A DNA stretch of 32,000 nucleotides, taken from contig OY759599.1 in the NCBI GenBank assembly GCA_963662465.1, positions 4,005,403-4,037,402 of the forward strand. The letters are read 5' to 3'. The notes under the pieces are model-generated. The model made no database searches. It saw nothing but the letters and a program-made list of their open reading frames with translations, and was not told the origin of the DNA. This document shows positions 9,642-17,503 of this stretch, piece after piece (positions within the stretch are counted from its first letter, which is position 1; every line of letters begins with the position of its first letter). The position numbers and the translations under genes are program-made. The stretch is from Desulfatiglandales bacterium. Its GTDB lineage: Bacteria > Desulfobacterota > DSM-4660 > Desulfatiglandales > Desulfatiglandaceae.

Positions 9642-10391
9642 TCATAAATCGGCGCCGCACACACGGCATCGGGAATTCCTTCCCATTTCAATCATTTTAA
9701 AATTCATGGCAGCGCCATCCACATATAACATTCGGCCCGCGAGCAAACCGTCAGGCACTCCCACCAGAAAGTTAATGGCCGCCAGGGCCTGAAGGGACCC
9801 AATGATCCCCGTCAATGGACCCAAAACCCCCGGTGGGCCCTTATCGGGCGTCCCATCAGGGAAAAGACATTCAAAACAAGGGGTTTTGCCGGGAATGAAT
9901 GTAGTGGCCATGCCCGTCAATCCATCTACACCGCCAAAAAAGAAGGGAATCCCGTTCTTTAAGGAAACACGATTTAAAATCTTTCGTGTCTCTAAATTAT
10001 CGGTTCCATCCACAATCAAATGGGCGTCTCCAACCAGCATTTCCCCGTTATCCTCGCTGATCGCCTCATGGAGCGCTTCAATCCGGCAATGGGGGTTAAG
10101 GCTTTGAAGCTTTCGCTTCGCGGATTCTGCCTTTTTTTCACCAATATCTTCTGTAAAGTGCAGCAACTGCCGGTTCAGGTTTCCCAGTTCCACCCGGTCC
10201 TTGTCCACCAGCCGCAAGCGGCCTATGCCGGCTGCCGCCAGATAGTAAGCCGACACGGAACCCAGGCCTCCCACACCCGCTAGAAAAACCTTGGCCTTTC
10301 GCAGTTTAAGCTGACCTTCCTCGCCGATTTCGGGGAGAATTATTTGTCGGTGATAGCGAAGGGCTTCTTCCGGCGACAAGGGACTTGACAT
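9642..10391 (-). CDS. ThiF/MoeB/HesA-family adenylyltransferase (E1-like)
   Basis: RYHRQIILPEIGEEGQLKLRKAKVFLAGVGGLGS...NLNRQ...DGTDNLETR...; paired CxxC (CFEC, CRVC). Track ORF begins at 10427; ATG at 10391 fits family N-terminus. Confidence 0.9.
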   Translation of the reverse strand: MSSPLSPEEALRYHRQIILPEIGEEGQLKLRKAKVFLAGVGGLGSVSAYYLAAAGIGRLRLVDKDRVELGNLNRQLLHFTEDIGEKKAESAKRKLQSLNPHCRIEALHEAISEDNGEMLVGDAHLIVDGTDNLETRKILNRVSLKNGIPFFFGGVDGLTGMATTFIPGKTPCFECLFPDGTPDKGPPGVLGPLTGIIGSLQALAAINFLVGVPDGLLAGRMLYVDGAAMNFKMIEMGRNSRCRVCGADL

Positions 10392-10493
10392 TTTTTCTCC
10401 GCTGTTAGCGGCTGGATTCTTACACATTCACTCTGAGAGTTCATCTCTCACATTCATAACGTATTGCATTAAATAGTATTTTTTTGAACCGCA

Positions 10494-10593
10494 GAATATC
10501 GAACAAGGAATAATGAATGTCGATGTAAAAACTTCTTAATTCGACATTCCTTTTCGACATTCGATCTTCGTTTTTTCAAATTTCAAATATCCT
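10494..10593. repeat. Degenerate heptanucleotide tracts in two opposed arms with a short dyad
   Basis: Left arm GAATATC|GAACAAG|GAATAAT|GAATGTC|GATGTAA (10494-10528); right arm ATTCGAC|ATTCCTT (10539-10552), TTCGAC, ATTCGAT|CTTCGTT|TTTTCAA|ATTTCAA|ATATCCT (10559-10593); GAATGTCGA / TCGACATTC pair. Confidence 0.75.
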
Positions 10594-10629
10594 TGACTAG
10601 GTCTCAGTCATTATGCAAATCAGGAAATA

Positions 10630-10656
10630 CCCCGGAAAAAAGTGAACTTTCCGGGG
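10630..10656 (-). terminator. Candidate terminator hairpin after the molybdo-enzyme operon
   Basis: CCCCGGAAA - 9 nt loop - TTTCCGGGG, 21 bp downstream of the large-subunit stop; weak U tract. Confidence 0.55.
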
Positions 10657-10677
10657 CTGACAACAGAAACAATACTG

Positions 10678-13038
10678 CTATTTTTCCTTTTCTTCCTTTG
10701 CCTGAATGGCCTTGAACACCCGCTCGGGCGTCAGGGGCAACTCCTGAATCCTTACGCCGGTCGCATCGTAGAGCGCATTCAGAATAGCGGGAATGGTGGG
10801 CATAATGGCCCCTTCCCCCACCTCCTTGGCCCCAAAGGGACCATTGGGTTCATTGCTTTCCACAATGATGGCATTCACATTGGGCATATCCAGGGCCGTG
10901 GCAATCTTGTATTCACCCAGATTTGCATTCAGGATTTTGCCCTTATCATCGAATTTCACTTCCTCAAACATGGCCTCGCCCAATCCCATGGAAAGCGACC
11001 CCTGCATCTGGGCTTCCACGGAGGTACGGTTGATGGCGAAACCACAGTCGTGGGCATCGGTCATACGATCGATGGTAATCTTCCCCGTGCCCTTGTCCAC
11101 GGTGACTTCCACCACCTGAGCGGAGGGTCCATAGGCCGGAGAAGTGCCCACCGCGGCGCCCTTGAACTTACCCCCCAGCTCCCCGGGTTTATAACTGCCG
11201 GTCCCTACCATGGACCCCCGTGTCAAATAAGCGATCCGGGCAGCCTCCTTGAAGGTGAGCGGTTCATCCGAACCCGGATTATCAAAAAAGCCCCGATGCT
11301 CCTTGGCATAAAGGGTTCGAATGCCGCTGAAATCAGGGGTTTCACCCTTAAACACGATGAATCCGTTTTTGATGTCCATCTGATCCACCGGCACTTTCAG
11401 CTTTTCACCCAGCACGTTCAGCACCTGGGACTTTAAATCCTCAGCGGCGCTCTTGGTGGCATGCCCCGTCATGAGGGTCTGACGGCTGGAATAGGCGCCC
11501 AGGTCCACGCTATAGTCCGTATCCCCGGAAGAAACCTTAATGTGATCCAGCGGCACCCCCAGGGCCTCGGCGGCAATCATGCCCATGGTGGTATCGCTTC
11601 CCTGGCCGATTTCAGCGCTTCCGGTCAAAACATGGGCCGTTCCCCCGTCCTCGTTCAACTTAATCACCACGGTGGAATGGGCTGTTTCCGATCGGTAAAT
11701 GGGATACCCCGCGCCTGAAACAAAGAAGCCCGTGGCAATGCCGATCCCTTTTCCCTCGGGCATTTTTCCCTTTTTCTCATTCCATTTGGACCCGTCTTTT
11801 ACGGCTTGGATACATTCTTTCATGCCGAAACTGCTGGTATTGAAGTCGTTACAGGTAATATCGCCCGCTTCCATGGAGTTTTTCATTCTGATCTCCACGG
11901 GGTCCATGCCCAACTCTTCGGCAATGAAATCAAGCTGCTGTTCCCAGGCAGCACGTGCCACGACCCCGCCATGGCCGCGCTGGGCCCCGCAGGCAGGCCG
12001 GTTGGTGAAATATCGATAGCCGTCATACTTCATATTGGGCAGCCGGTAGGGCGCCCCCAGAAGGGAACCCGCATAGTAAACGGTAGCAATCCCGAAACTG
12101 CTATAAGCGCCCCCTTCCAGGGAACATTCGTTGGTCAAAGCCATGAGGGTGCCGTCTTTTTTGACGCCGGTGGTCAACGTATGCTTGAACTGATGCCTGG
12201 CCCTGGAAAACAGAAAGACCTGTTCGCGAGTAAAATTCATTTTCACCGGTTTGCCGGTCTTCATGGAAAGGAGGCACGATGCCAGTTCCATGGAATTGGT
12301 GCCGGCCTTGGGTCCGAAACCGCCGCCCACATAGGGCTTTTTCACCCGAACCTTGCCCACCGGAATGCCCAGCACCATCGCCACAATCCGCATGATATAG
12401 TGGGGGACCTGGGTGGATGAATGGAGGGTTAAATACCCGTTGTAGTCAAAATCCGCCACCACGCCATTGGGCTCCAGGAAAGCGCCGTCCTGTCTTTTGT
12501 TCAAAAAGGTATCGGTTCGAATGAGGTCGCACTGAGCAAAGCCTTCCGCCACATTTCCGAATTCCTGATGGACTTCCGCACAGAGATTTCCGGGATACTT
12601 ATCATGGAGTTGCGGCGCGCCTTCCTTCATGGCGTCTTCCACCGTAAACACCGCCGGCAGTTCCTCATATTCCACGTCGATCAAAGACACGGCTTCAAGC
12701 GCCGTTTCCATATCCACCGCGGCAACGGCTGCAATTTCATCGCCGATATATCGCGCCCGGTCCTTTACAAAGAGTGTTTCGTCGTATCGTGCGGGACTGA
12801 CGCCATAGGGCGTCATGCCCGCATCTTCAGCGGTCACCACTGATTTCACCCCGGGAAGTTTCCGGGCTTTGGAAGTGTCGATATTGCGGATCCCGGCGTG
12901 GGCCAGGGGGCTCTGCAACAAAGCGCCGTAGAGCATCCCGGGCAGTTTTATGTCATCCACATACATGGCGCGCCCAGTGGCCTTGGCAGGGGCATCCAGC
13001 CGGGGCGCACGTCCATTGATTACATGATATTCGGTCAT
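10678..13038 (-). CDS. Xanthine dehydrogenase / 4-hydroxybenzoyl-CoA reductase family, molybdopterin-binding large subunit
   Basis: ATGRAMYVDDIKLPGMLYGALLQSPLAHAGI ... VGGGFGPKAG ... GSAEIGQGSDTT ... GAKEVGEGAIMP. Confidence 0.93.
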   Translation of the reverse strand: MTEYHVINGRAPRLDAPAKATGRAMYVDDIKLPGMLYGALLQSPLAHAGIRNIDTSKARKLPGVKSVVTAEDAGMTPYGVSPARYDETLFVKDRARYIGDEIAAVAAVDMETALEAVSLIDVEYEELPAVFTVEDAMKEGAPQLHDKYPGNLCAEVHQEFGNVAEGFAQCDLIRTDTFLNKRQDGAFLEPNGVVADFDYNGYLTLHSSTQVPHYIMRIVAMVLGIPVGKVRVKKPYVGGGFGPKAGTNSMELASCLLSMKTGKPVKMNFTREQVFLFSRARHQFKHTLTTGVKKDGTLMALTNECSLEGGAYSSFGIATVYYAGSLLGAPYRLPNMKYDGYRYFTNRPACGAQRGHGGVVARAAWEQQLDFIAEELGMDPVEIRMKNSMEAGDITCNDFNTSSFGMKECIQAVKDGSKWNEKKGKMPEGKGIGIATGFFVSGAGYPIYRSETAHSTVVIKLNEDGGTAHVLTGSAEIGQGSDTTMGMIAAEALGVPLDHIKVSSGDTDYSVDLGAYSSRQTLMTGHATKSAAEDLKSQVLNVLGEKLKVPVDQMDIKNGFIVFKGETPDFSGIRTLYAKEHRGFFDNPGSDEPLTFKEAARIAYLTRGSMVGTGSYKPGELGGKFKGAAVGTSPAYGPSAQVVEVTVDKGTGKITIDRMTDAHDCGFAINRTSVEAQMQGSLSMGLGEAMFEEVKFDDKGKILNANLGEYKIATALDMPNVNAIIVESNEPNGPFGAKEVGEGAIMPTIPAILNALYDATGVRIQELPLTPERVFKAIQAKEEKEK

Positions 13039-13041
13039 TGT

Positions 13042-13512
13042 TTATCTCCCTTCACTCACGTCCTTGATGGATTCCACAATCTTCTGATATCCGGTACATC
13101 TGCAGAGATTCCCGGATATGGCCGTCCGGATCTCCAGTTCATCAGGTTTGGCATTTTTATCCAGAAGGCTTTTGGCGGAGAGCAGCATACCAGACGTACA
13201 AAATCCGCACTGAATAGCGCCGTTTTCAATGAATTTTGCCTGCAAGGGGTGCAGACCGTCCTCCGTCTCCAGACCCTCCACCGTGGTAATCTCCTTGCCC
13301 GAAGCCTGAACAGCCAGCACCAGACAGGAGTTGACGGCTTTTCCATTCATAAGTACGGTGCATGAACCGCAATCTCCCAATTCACATCCTTTTTTTGTTC
13401 CCGTCAGTAAAAGCTCTTCCCTGAGAAGGTCCGCCAAGGTCATATTAGGCGCCGCGGCCAACTCATATTCCTTGCCGTTTATGGTAAGGCAGATCATCTT
13501 TTTCATGGTCAT
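13042..13512 (-). CDS. Xanthine dehydrogenase family, two [2Fe-2S] small subunit
   Basis: GCELGDCGSCTVLMNGKAVNSC plus IQCGFCTSGMLLSAKSLL...GNLCRCTGYQKIVESI. Confidence 0.95.
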   Translation of the reverse strand: MTMKKMICLTINGKEYELAAAPNMTLADLLREELLLTGTKKGCELGDCGSCTVLMNGKAVNSCLVLAVQASGKEITTVEGLETEDGLHPLQAKFIENGAIQCGFCTSGMLLSAKSLLDKNAKPDELEIRTAISGNLCRCTGYQKIVESIKDVSEGR

Positions 13513-13583
13513 TCTCCCTTTTCTTTCTGCGATCGCTGTTTTTATATGCTGTCATCGCCTGAATCACTTCAAAAAGCGATCAT

Positions 13584-14462
13584 CTATGCGTTGCGCGCAC
13601 GGTCATAGGCTTTGGCTAAAGCCCTTCGGGTCAATTCCTTGACCATAGCCCGCTTGTAGTCGGCGGACGCCCTGAAATCATCGATAGGCCTGCTATCCAT
13701 GGCCGCGGCCGCTCCCGCCGCCAGAAAAAGAGCATCGGAAGGCTTTTCCCCCAGAAGGGTTTTTTCAGCGGATGGGGCCAAGAGCGGCGTAGGCCCTACG
13801 GAGCCCATTACAACCCGCGCGGCTTTAATGGGACCATCAGCACCATCAAGGGTTATGGTAACCGCCACGTTCACCAGGGAGATCTCCAGGGCTTCCCGGA
13901 TACCCAGTTTGAGATAGGCACTCCCGGAATAGGCTTCCGGTTTTGAAAGCACGATGGCTTCAAGGATCTCCGAAGACGTTATCACGGTCCGGCCCGGCGC
14001 CTGAATGAAATCCGCCAATGCCACAGTGCGTTCACCATCGCTGCTTTTTAAAACGGCCTTTGCCCCATAGGCGATCAGGGACGGCGGGAAATCCGCGGCC
14101 GGTCTTGCGGATACCAGGTTTCCACCGATGGTGGCAAGATTCCGGATCAGCGGCGAGCCCAGCTTGGACGCCCCTTCCGCCAACGCCGGGAAATCCCCTT
14201 TGACCACATCCGATTCCGCAATTTCGGACGCTTTGACGCACGCCCCGATCCGCAGGGTTCCGTTTGAAGGCCCCAGTTGGGCCAGCAATTCGACCCGATC
14301 CAGTGATACCAAATGCTCCGGCGTCAACAGTTTCTTTTTCATGTTGACGAACAAATCAGTGCCGCCGGCAAGGGTTTTGGCCTTTTCGCCCAATTCGCCA
14401 ACCATCCGGCAGGCCTCTTCGACCGTTATCGGCTCATGGAATTCAAATCTTGGTAAAAGCAT
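13584..14462 (-). CDS. Xanthine dehydrogenase family, FAD-binding medium subunit
   Basis: TLAGGTDLFVNMK, IRNLATIGGNLVSARPAADFPP; ATG 14462 preceded by AGGAGG (track ORF begins 14495). Confidence 0.93.
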   Translation of the reverse strand: MLLPRFEFHEPITVEEACRMVGELGEKAKTLAGGTDLFVNMKKKLLTPEHLVSLDRVELLAQLGPSNGTLRIGACVKASEIAESDVVKGDFPALAEGASKLGSPLIRNLATIGGNLVSARPAADFPPSLIAYGAKAVLKSSDGERTVALADFIQAPGRTVITSSEILEAIVLSKPEAYSGSAYLKLGIREALEISLVNVAVTITLDGADGPIKAARVVMGSVGPTPLLAPSAEKTLLGEKPSDALFLAAGAAAAMDSRPIDDFRASADYKRAMVKELTRRALAKAYDRARNA

Positions 14463-14673
14463 TTTCCCCTCCTGATTTTCTTGGGACTTCAACACGCTTG
14501 TCCCGGTTTATGTTGAAACGACCCAAGCGCCATCACACGCTTAAACCGTTCTGCATCGTGAACCCAAATTTCCCTGGAAGGATACCATACCGGTAAACCA
14601 TGTCAAGCGGAAATAGGGGTAAAAATCAATTCATGCTGCTTTTTTTACTGTTTTTTTTAAATCAATATCCCGG

Positions 14674-14702
14674 TTGACAAATGATGCCGCACAGGATAGG
14701 AT
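14674..14702 (+). promoter_or_regulatory. Putative sigma70-type promoter for the IclR gene
   Basis: TTGACA - 17 bp - TAGGAT, about 30 bp before the ATG at 14733. Confidence 0.5.
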
Positions 14703-14732
14703 CAACGACAAAAGTTCAGCGAGGTGAACGCT

Positions 14733-15503
14733 ATGGCCGGAAAATATCAAGCCCCCTCCGTCAGGAAGGCATTTCACATGCTCAGGCTCATATCCAAAGC
14801 CAACCAGGGGTTGGGGATCAGCCACCTGGCAAACCGCATGGAGATCAGCAAGGGAACGGTTCACGGCATTATCAGCGCCCTGGAAGATCTGGGCGCTCTC
14901 ATCAGGGATCCTTCCTCAAAAAAATATACCCTTGGCCCTACGCTTTTTGAACTGGGAAAATCCGCTTATGCCGAGCTTGACCTGCGAGACCTTGCCCGGC
15001 AACCCATGGAAAGACTGATGCAGCAGACCAGCACATCGGTCTTCGTGGGAATTCCGAACGGGGACCGCGTCACCATTCTGGACGTCGTCGAATCCAACCG
15101 GAATCTTAAGATCACAGCCCCCCGCGGGAGTACCGTGCCTTTTCTGGCCGGCGCCATCGGAAAAATTTTCCTGGCAGCCATGGATGAGGAAAAAGCCTTA
15201 AATATCATTAATAAAAATGGGATTCCAAGGTTTACGGAAAACACCATTACGGACCCGGAGCAGTATCTCCTTCACATCCGACGCGCCAGGCAAGAGGGGT
15301 ATGCGGACGACGACGAAGAGTATATCGCCGGCGTCCGTGCCGCGGCGGCCCCCATCATGGGAAAACAAGGCATATTGTCGGCCATCTGGGCGGTAGGGTT
15401 TAAAACGGCCCTTGACGATGAAAAAATGTCGGACCTGATCAACGCGATCCAGGAAGCAGCTCAGGAAATCAACGCCCGGGTCAGGGAACACCCACTGCTA
15501 TAG
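14733..15503 (+). CDS. IclR-family transcriptional regulator
   Basis: SVRKAFHMLRLISKANQGLGISHLANRMEISKGTVHGIISALEDLG ... IPNGDRVTILDVVES; ATG at 14733 chosen over GTG 14724. Confidence 0.92.
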   Translation: MAGKYQAPSVRKAFHMLRLISKANQGLGISHLANRMEISKGTVHGIISALEDLGALIRDPSSKKYTLGPTLFELGKSAYAELDLRDLARQPMERLMQQTSTSVFVGIPNGDRVTILDVVESNRNLKITAPRGSTVPFLAGAIGKIFLAAMDEEKALNIINKNGIPRFTENTITDPEQYLLHIRRARQEGYADDDEEYIAGVRAAAAPIMGKQGILSAIWAVGFKTALDDEKMSDLINAIQEAAQEINARVREHPLL

Positions 15504-15528
15504 AACCTTGTTTCCTAAAAACCTGTCA

Positions 15529-15592
15529 TAAGAAATAAGAAATCCATTGACAGAAGAACTTAAAACTTAAAACCGCGGCTTGCCGCTTACCC
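15529..15592. repeat. Heptanucleotide-periodic tract between convergent iclR-like and ubiX genes
   Basis: TAAGAAA|TAAGAAA (15529-15542) and ACTTAAA|ACTTAAA|ACCGCGG|CTTGCCG|CTTACCC (15558-15592, extending into the ubiX 3' end). Confidence 0.65.
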
Positions 15593-16141
15593 CTCCCACC
15601 GTCTGAACAGATCATGCTCAATTCCCATGTAATCAAAGACCTTGCCGATGGTTTGGTCAATAATATCCTGAATGGTTTTGGGTTGATGGTAAAATGAAGG
15701 TACGGGGGGCAGAATATGCGCCCCCATGTCCGCCGCCATGGTCATCAGCCGGAGATGCCCCTTGTGAAGGGGGGTCTCCCTGACCACCAGAACCAGCTTT
15801 CGACCCTCTTTCAAATTGACATCCGCGGCCCGAACCAGCAAATTGCTGGTGTATGAATTGGCAATGCCGGAAAGGGTCTTGATGGTACAGGGAACCACCA
15901 CCATGCCGCAGGTCAAAAAAGAACCGCTGGCCAGTGCCGCGCCCACATCCCGGTCCTCATACACCTTATCCGCCATGGCTTCCACCTCGCCGGCAGTGTA
16001 TTCCGTCTCGATCTCGATGTTTCGCCTTCCGGAGTCGGAAATAATGAGATGGGTTTCAAAATCCGTTTCCCTGAGCAAACCGAGCATTCTCACGCCATAT
16101 ATGACGCCGCTTGCACCGGCAATCCCCACCACCAGCCTTTT
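15587..16141 (-). CDS. ubiX: UbiX-like flavin prenyltransferase
   Basis: KRLVVGIAGASGVIYGVRML ... KTLSGIANSYTSNLLVRAADVNLKEGRKLVLVVRETPLHKGHLRLM. Conserved core begins near 16141; no ATG there; the open frame continues to a GTG at 16273. Confidence 0.9.
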   Translation of the reverse strand, partial: KRLVVGIAGASGVIYGVRMLGLLRETDFETHLIISDSGRRNIEIETEYTAGEVEAMADKVYEDRDVGAALASGSFLTCGMVVVPCTIKTLSGIANSYTSNLLVRAADVNLKEGRKLVLVVRETPLHKGHLRLMTMAADMGAHILPPVPSFYHQPKTIQDIIDQTIGKVFDYMGIEHDLFRRWEG

Positions 16142-16142
16142 G

Positions 16143-16223
16143 GATTGATGATTGTTGATTGTTGATTGTTGATTGATGATGCGCCCCCCCTTTTGGATTG
16201 TTGACTGTTGATTGATGATTGCC
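16143..16223. repeat. Two short heptanucleotide arrays (GATTGTT family) separated by a C7-containing spacer
   Basis: GATTGAT|GATTGTT|GATTGTT|GATTGTT|GATTGAT (16143-16177), GCGCCCCCCC, then GATTGTT|GACTGTT|GATTGAT|GATTGCC (16196-16223). Confidence 0.9.
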
Positions 16224-16244
16224 CTACAAGAAAAACCTAAAAGC

Positions 16245-16273
16245 GTGCCTGAACGAGGTTTTCGTTCAGGCAC
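16245..16273 (-). terminator. Perfect 12-bp stem hairpin, candidate intrinsic terminator/attenuator after the UPF0261 gene
   Basis: GTGCCTGAACGA - GGTTT - TCGTTCAGGCAC; followed on the minus strand by GCTTTTAGGTTTTTC. Confidence 0.65.
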
Positions 16274-16279
16274 ACCATA

Positions 16280-17503
16280 TCAAAAAATCTTCAACGCGAC
16301 ATCAATAACCGCTTCAGCGAAGGCCGGATCCTCCATATTGGCATCCACCTCCGTGATGGGAATGTTCGGATTCAACTTCTCTCGGAGTACCGCTGTAAAT
16401 ACCCGGTCTTCCTCCGGATCGAAAGTGGCGTTTCCCGGATAATCCGCCCCGGACCAACCCTTTTGGGGCACCATCACCCGCACCGGCCCTTTCGCCCGGT
16501 TCAGTTTTTCCGCAAATGCCGCCGCTACCTGTTTCAACTCGTCAGGAGAAAGCCTGATCCAGGTACGGAGTTTATCCAGGTCATATTTCCTGCGCTCATG
16601 GTATTCGGGTTTGTATTTGCGTTTGGAAGGGGTCATATGATTGACGCTGCAGGTGGAAATGATCTGCGGCACGCCCGCGTTGCCGGCGGCCTCCATCCGG
16701 TGAGGGCCCGCATCCCTCATGAACCCGAAGAGATGTTCGCCCACGCCTCCCGGCGCCAGATCGATCACCCCCTGAAAAAGGCCTGCCGCCATCATTTCTT
16801 CCATGGCGCGATCGCTGATGCCGGCCGCTGAAAAACCGGTTACCTGGTAGCCTTTCCCTTCCAGGGCCTTTCGAACCGAACTGGCGCACTGCTCGCAGGG
16901 CCCCAGCATGGTCATGGCAATGGATTTTGCCGTTTCAGCCCGGGATGATGTCACCACACTCTGAAGCATACCGGCCAGGGCGCAGGCGGCCCGGTCCATG
17001 ACATTTTTCAAGAGATCCGTCACCCCTGCTATTTCGATGACCGAATGAAACAGGATGATATCCCCTGTGCCGATGTACCGGGTGGAGAGCCCGGGTAGCG
17101 CCGCTGTTGAGGAAATCATGAGCTTGGGAAGACCAAAGGGGAGGGACCGCATGACTTCGGTGGCCATCAGACTTCCGGTGGACCCCCCCATGGCAATCAC
17201 CCCATGCAGCTTCCCCTGGGCAAACAGGTCGCCTGCGATTTTGGACGCCCCTTTAATGGTAATATTCGTGTTTTTAGCGCGATCCCTGGAGGCGTGTATC
17301 TCTTCCAGACTGCTCCCCCCGGCTTCGGCAACCTGCGCCGGGGTAATATCCGCCGGAGATGCCCCTTTCCCCCGCATGGAAATATCCATGAGCAGGGGGG
17401 TAACCCCAAGGGACAAAATCTTGTCCCTCAGGTACAGGGTCTCAACGCCTTTGGTATCCAGGGTGGAAATAATCAAGGCTGTTTTCGGGTTTGAATTTTC
17501 CAT
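16280..17503 (-). CDS. Tm-1-like ATP-binding domain protein (UPF0261 family)
   Basis: TALIISTLDTKGVETLYLRDKI ... GVIAMGGSTGSLMATEVMRSLPFGLPKLMISS ... FSAAGISDRAMEEMMAAG; ATG 17503 overlaps the ligase TGA (TGATG). Confidence 0.88.
   Translation of the reverse strand: MENSNPKTALIISTLDTKGVETLYLRDKILSLGVTPLLMDISMRGKGASPADITPAQVAEAGGSSLEEIHASRDRAKNTNITIKGASKIAGDLFAQGKLHGVIAMGGSTGSLMATEVMRSLPFGLPKLMISSTAALPGLSTRYIGTGDIILFHSVIEIAGVTDLLKNVMDRAACALAGMLQSVVTSSRAETAKSIAMTMLGPCEQCASSVRKALEGKGYQVTGFSAAGISDRAMEEMMAAGLFQGVIDLAPGGVGEHLFGFMRDAGPHRMEAAGNAGVPQIISTCSVNHMTPSKRKYKPEYHERRKYDLDKLRTWIRLSPDELKQVAAAFAEKLNRAKGPVRVMVPQKGWSGADYPGNATFDPEEDRVFTAVLREKLNPNIPITEVDANMEDPAFAEAVIDVALKIF

Noticed and set aside
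10642-11436. 264-aa plus-strand ORF antisense to the molybdo-enzyme large subunit
   Set aside because: Shadow ORF of a strongly supported gene; no recognisable motif.
14488-14517. TTCAACA-N16-TGTTGAA dyad near the medium-subunit start
   Set aside because: Could be an IclR site, but arms are short, spacing is long, and it has no clear match to known IclR operators; not strong enough to call.
16143-16223. GATTGTT arrays considered as a CRISPR-like repeat
   Set aside because: Units are 7 bp with no unique spacers of regular length; this is a short tandem repeat.
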